64,000 nucleotides of DNA from a virus (Duplodnaviria; Caudoviricetes), in IMG/VR virus record IMGVR_UViG_3300028048_000106, positions 1 to 64,000 of that record, one strand, 5' to 3'. The notes under the pieces are model-generated. The model searched no databases. It was not told where the DNA came from and saw only the letters and a program-made list of their open reading frames with translations. Each line of letters starts with the position of its first letter. Position 1 is the first letter of the stretch. A program made the translations under genes and the position numbers. This document shows, piece by piece, positions 63,599 to 64,000 of this stretch.

Positions 63599-64000
63599 AT
63601 GAGCAGAGGACTCCATACAGAAGAAGAGAAGGCAAAGATAAGAGCTAGCAAGCAAGCTACAGCTCTTAGGCACTCTTCTATGGATGCTAAAGTCTATGAG
63701 CTCAAGATTGTTGAGAGAAGACTTAACAAACAGCAGAAAGAACAACTTGAATTACTATTCTTAGAAGGAAAATGGTTCTACAACCACATTCTTTCAGAGA
63801 AGAAGAAAAGAGAAATCCCACTTCATTGCATTAATCCAACTCACTATAAAGACATCTTAAAACTAGACAAAGACAAAAATAAAGTCTCATACAAACTCCA
63901 AATTCTTCCTTCTCACTTCAAGCAGACAATCCACATGAGGATGATTTCGAATGAGAAGACAATTCGTTCATTGGTGAAGAAAGGCTTGCAAAGATATGGT
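63599..64000 (+). CDS. TnpB-family protein, N-terminal part (3'-truncated by window)
   Basis: KVYELKI..LNKQQKEQLELLFLEGKWFYNHIL; IS-end hairpin upstream; RuvC lies outside the window. Confidence 0.65.
   Translation, partial: MSRGLHTEEEKAKIRASKQATALRHSSMDAKVYELKIVERRLNKQQKEQLELLFLEGKWFYNHILSEKKKREIPLHCINPTHYKDILKLDKDKNKVSYKLQILPSHFKQTIHMRMISNEKTIRSLVKKGLQRYG

Noticed and set aside
1-64000. Suppressor tRNA, other RNA genes or CRISPR array
   Set aside because: No cloverleaf/T-loop signature or regularly spaced repeats found by eye; intergenic gaps are short. A tRNAscan-SE run would be needed to be certain

Overview
A 64-kb segment of a T4-like jumbo/mega myovirus genome, AT-rich, probably from a gut or rumen anaerobe community. 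It reads TAG as a sense codon, almost certainly Gln (genetic code 15). The supplied code-11 ORF track therefore fragments about half the genes. Read through TAG, these become full-length portal, large terminase, neck (gp13-like), tail-completion (gp3-like), tail fibre, gp55-like late sigma factor, several glycosyltransferases, endonucleases and a TnpB. Replication, nucleotide and chaperone genes have no in-frame TAG and end in TAA/TGA. They include PolB, clamp loader, RNase H, dUTPase, dCMP deaminase, a dCMP-type thymidylate-synthase homologue, GuaC, sigma70, DnaK/DnaJ and GroES. Main points of interest: (1) the late sigma factor gene is itself TAG-gated, and a GTAAATA late-promoter motif precedes most TAG-rich genes, suggesting a code-switch timer. 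(2) A candidate new DNA hypermodification pathway: YvcK/CofD-HAD fusion, nucleotidyltransferase, T4 beta-glucosyltransferase homologue, dNMP kinase and dCMP hydroxymethylase-like enzyme. (3) PolB is fractured by a naturally split intein with a 12-aa N-fragment, with a free-standing endonuclease between the halves. (4) A WGR-PARP. (5) Apparent widespread leaderless transcription. (6) Host-like genes suggesting a PVC-superphylum (possibly Kiritimatiellota) host. No tRNA, rRNA or CRISPR array was found. Recoded gene coordinates were derived by hand translation. Family assignments come from motif recognition, not database searches.
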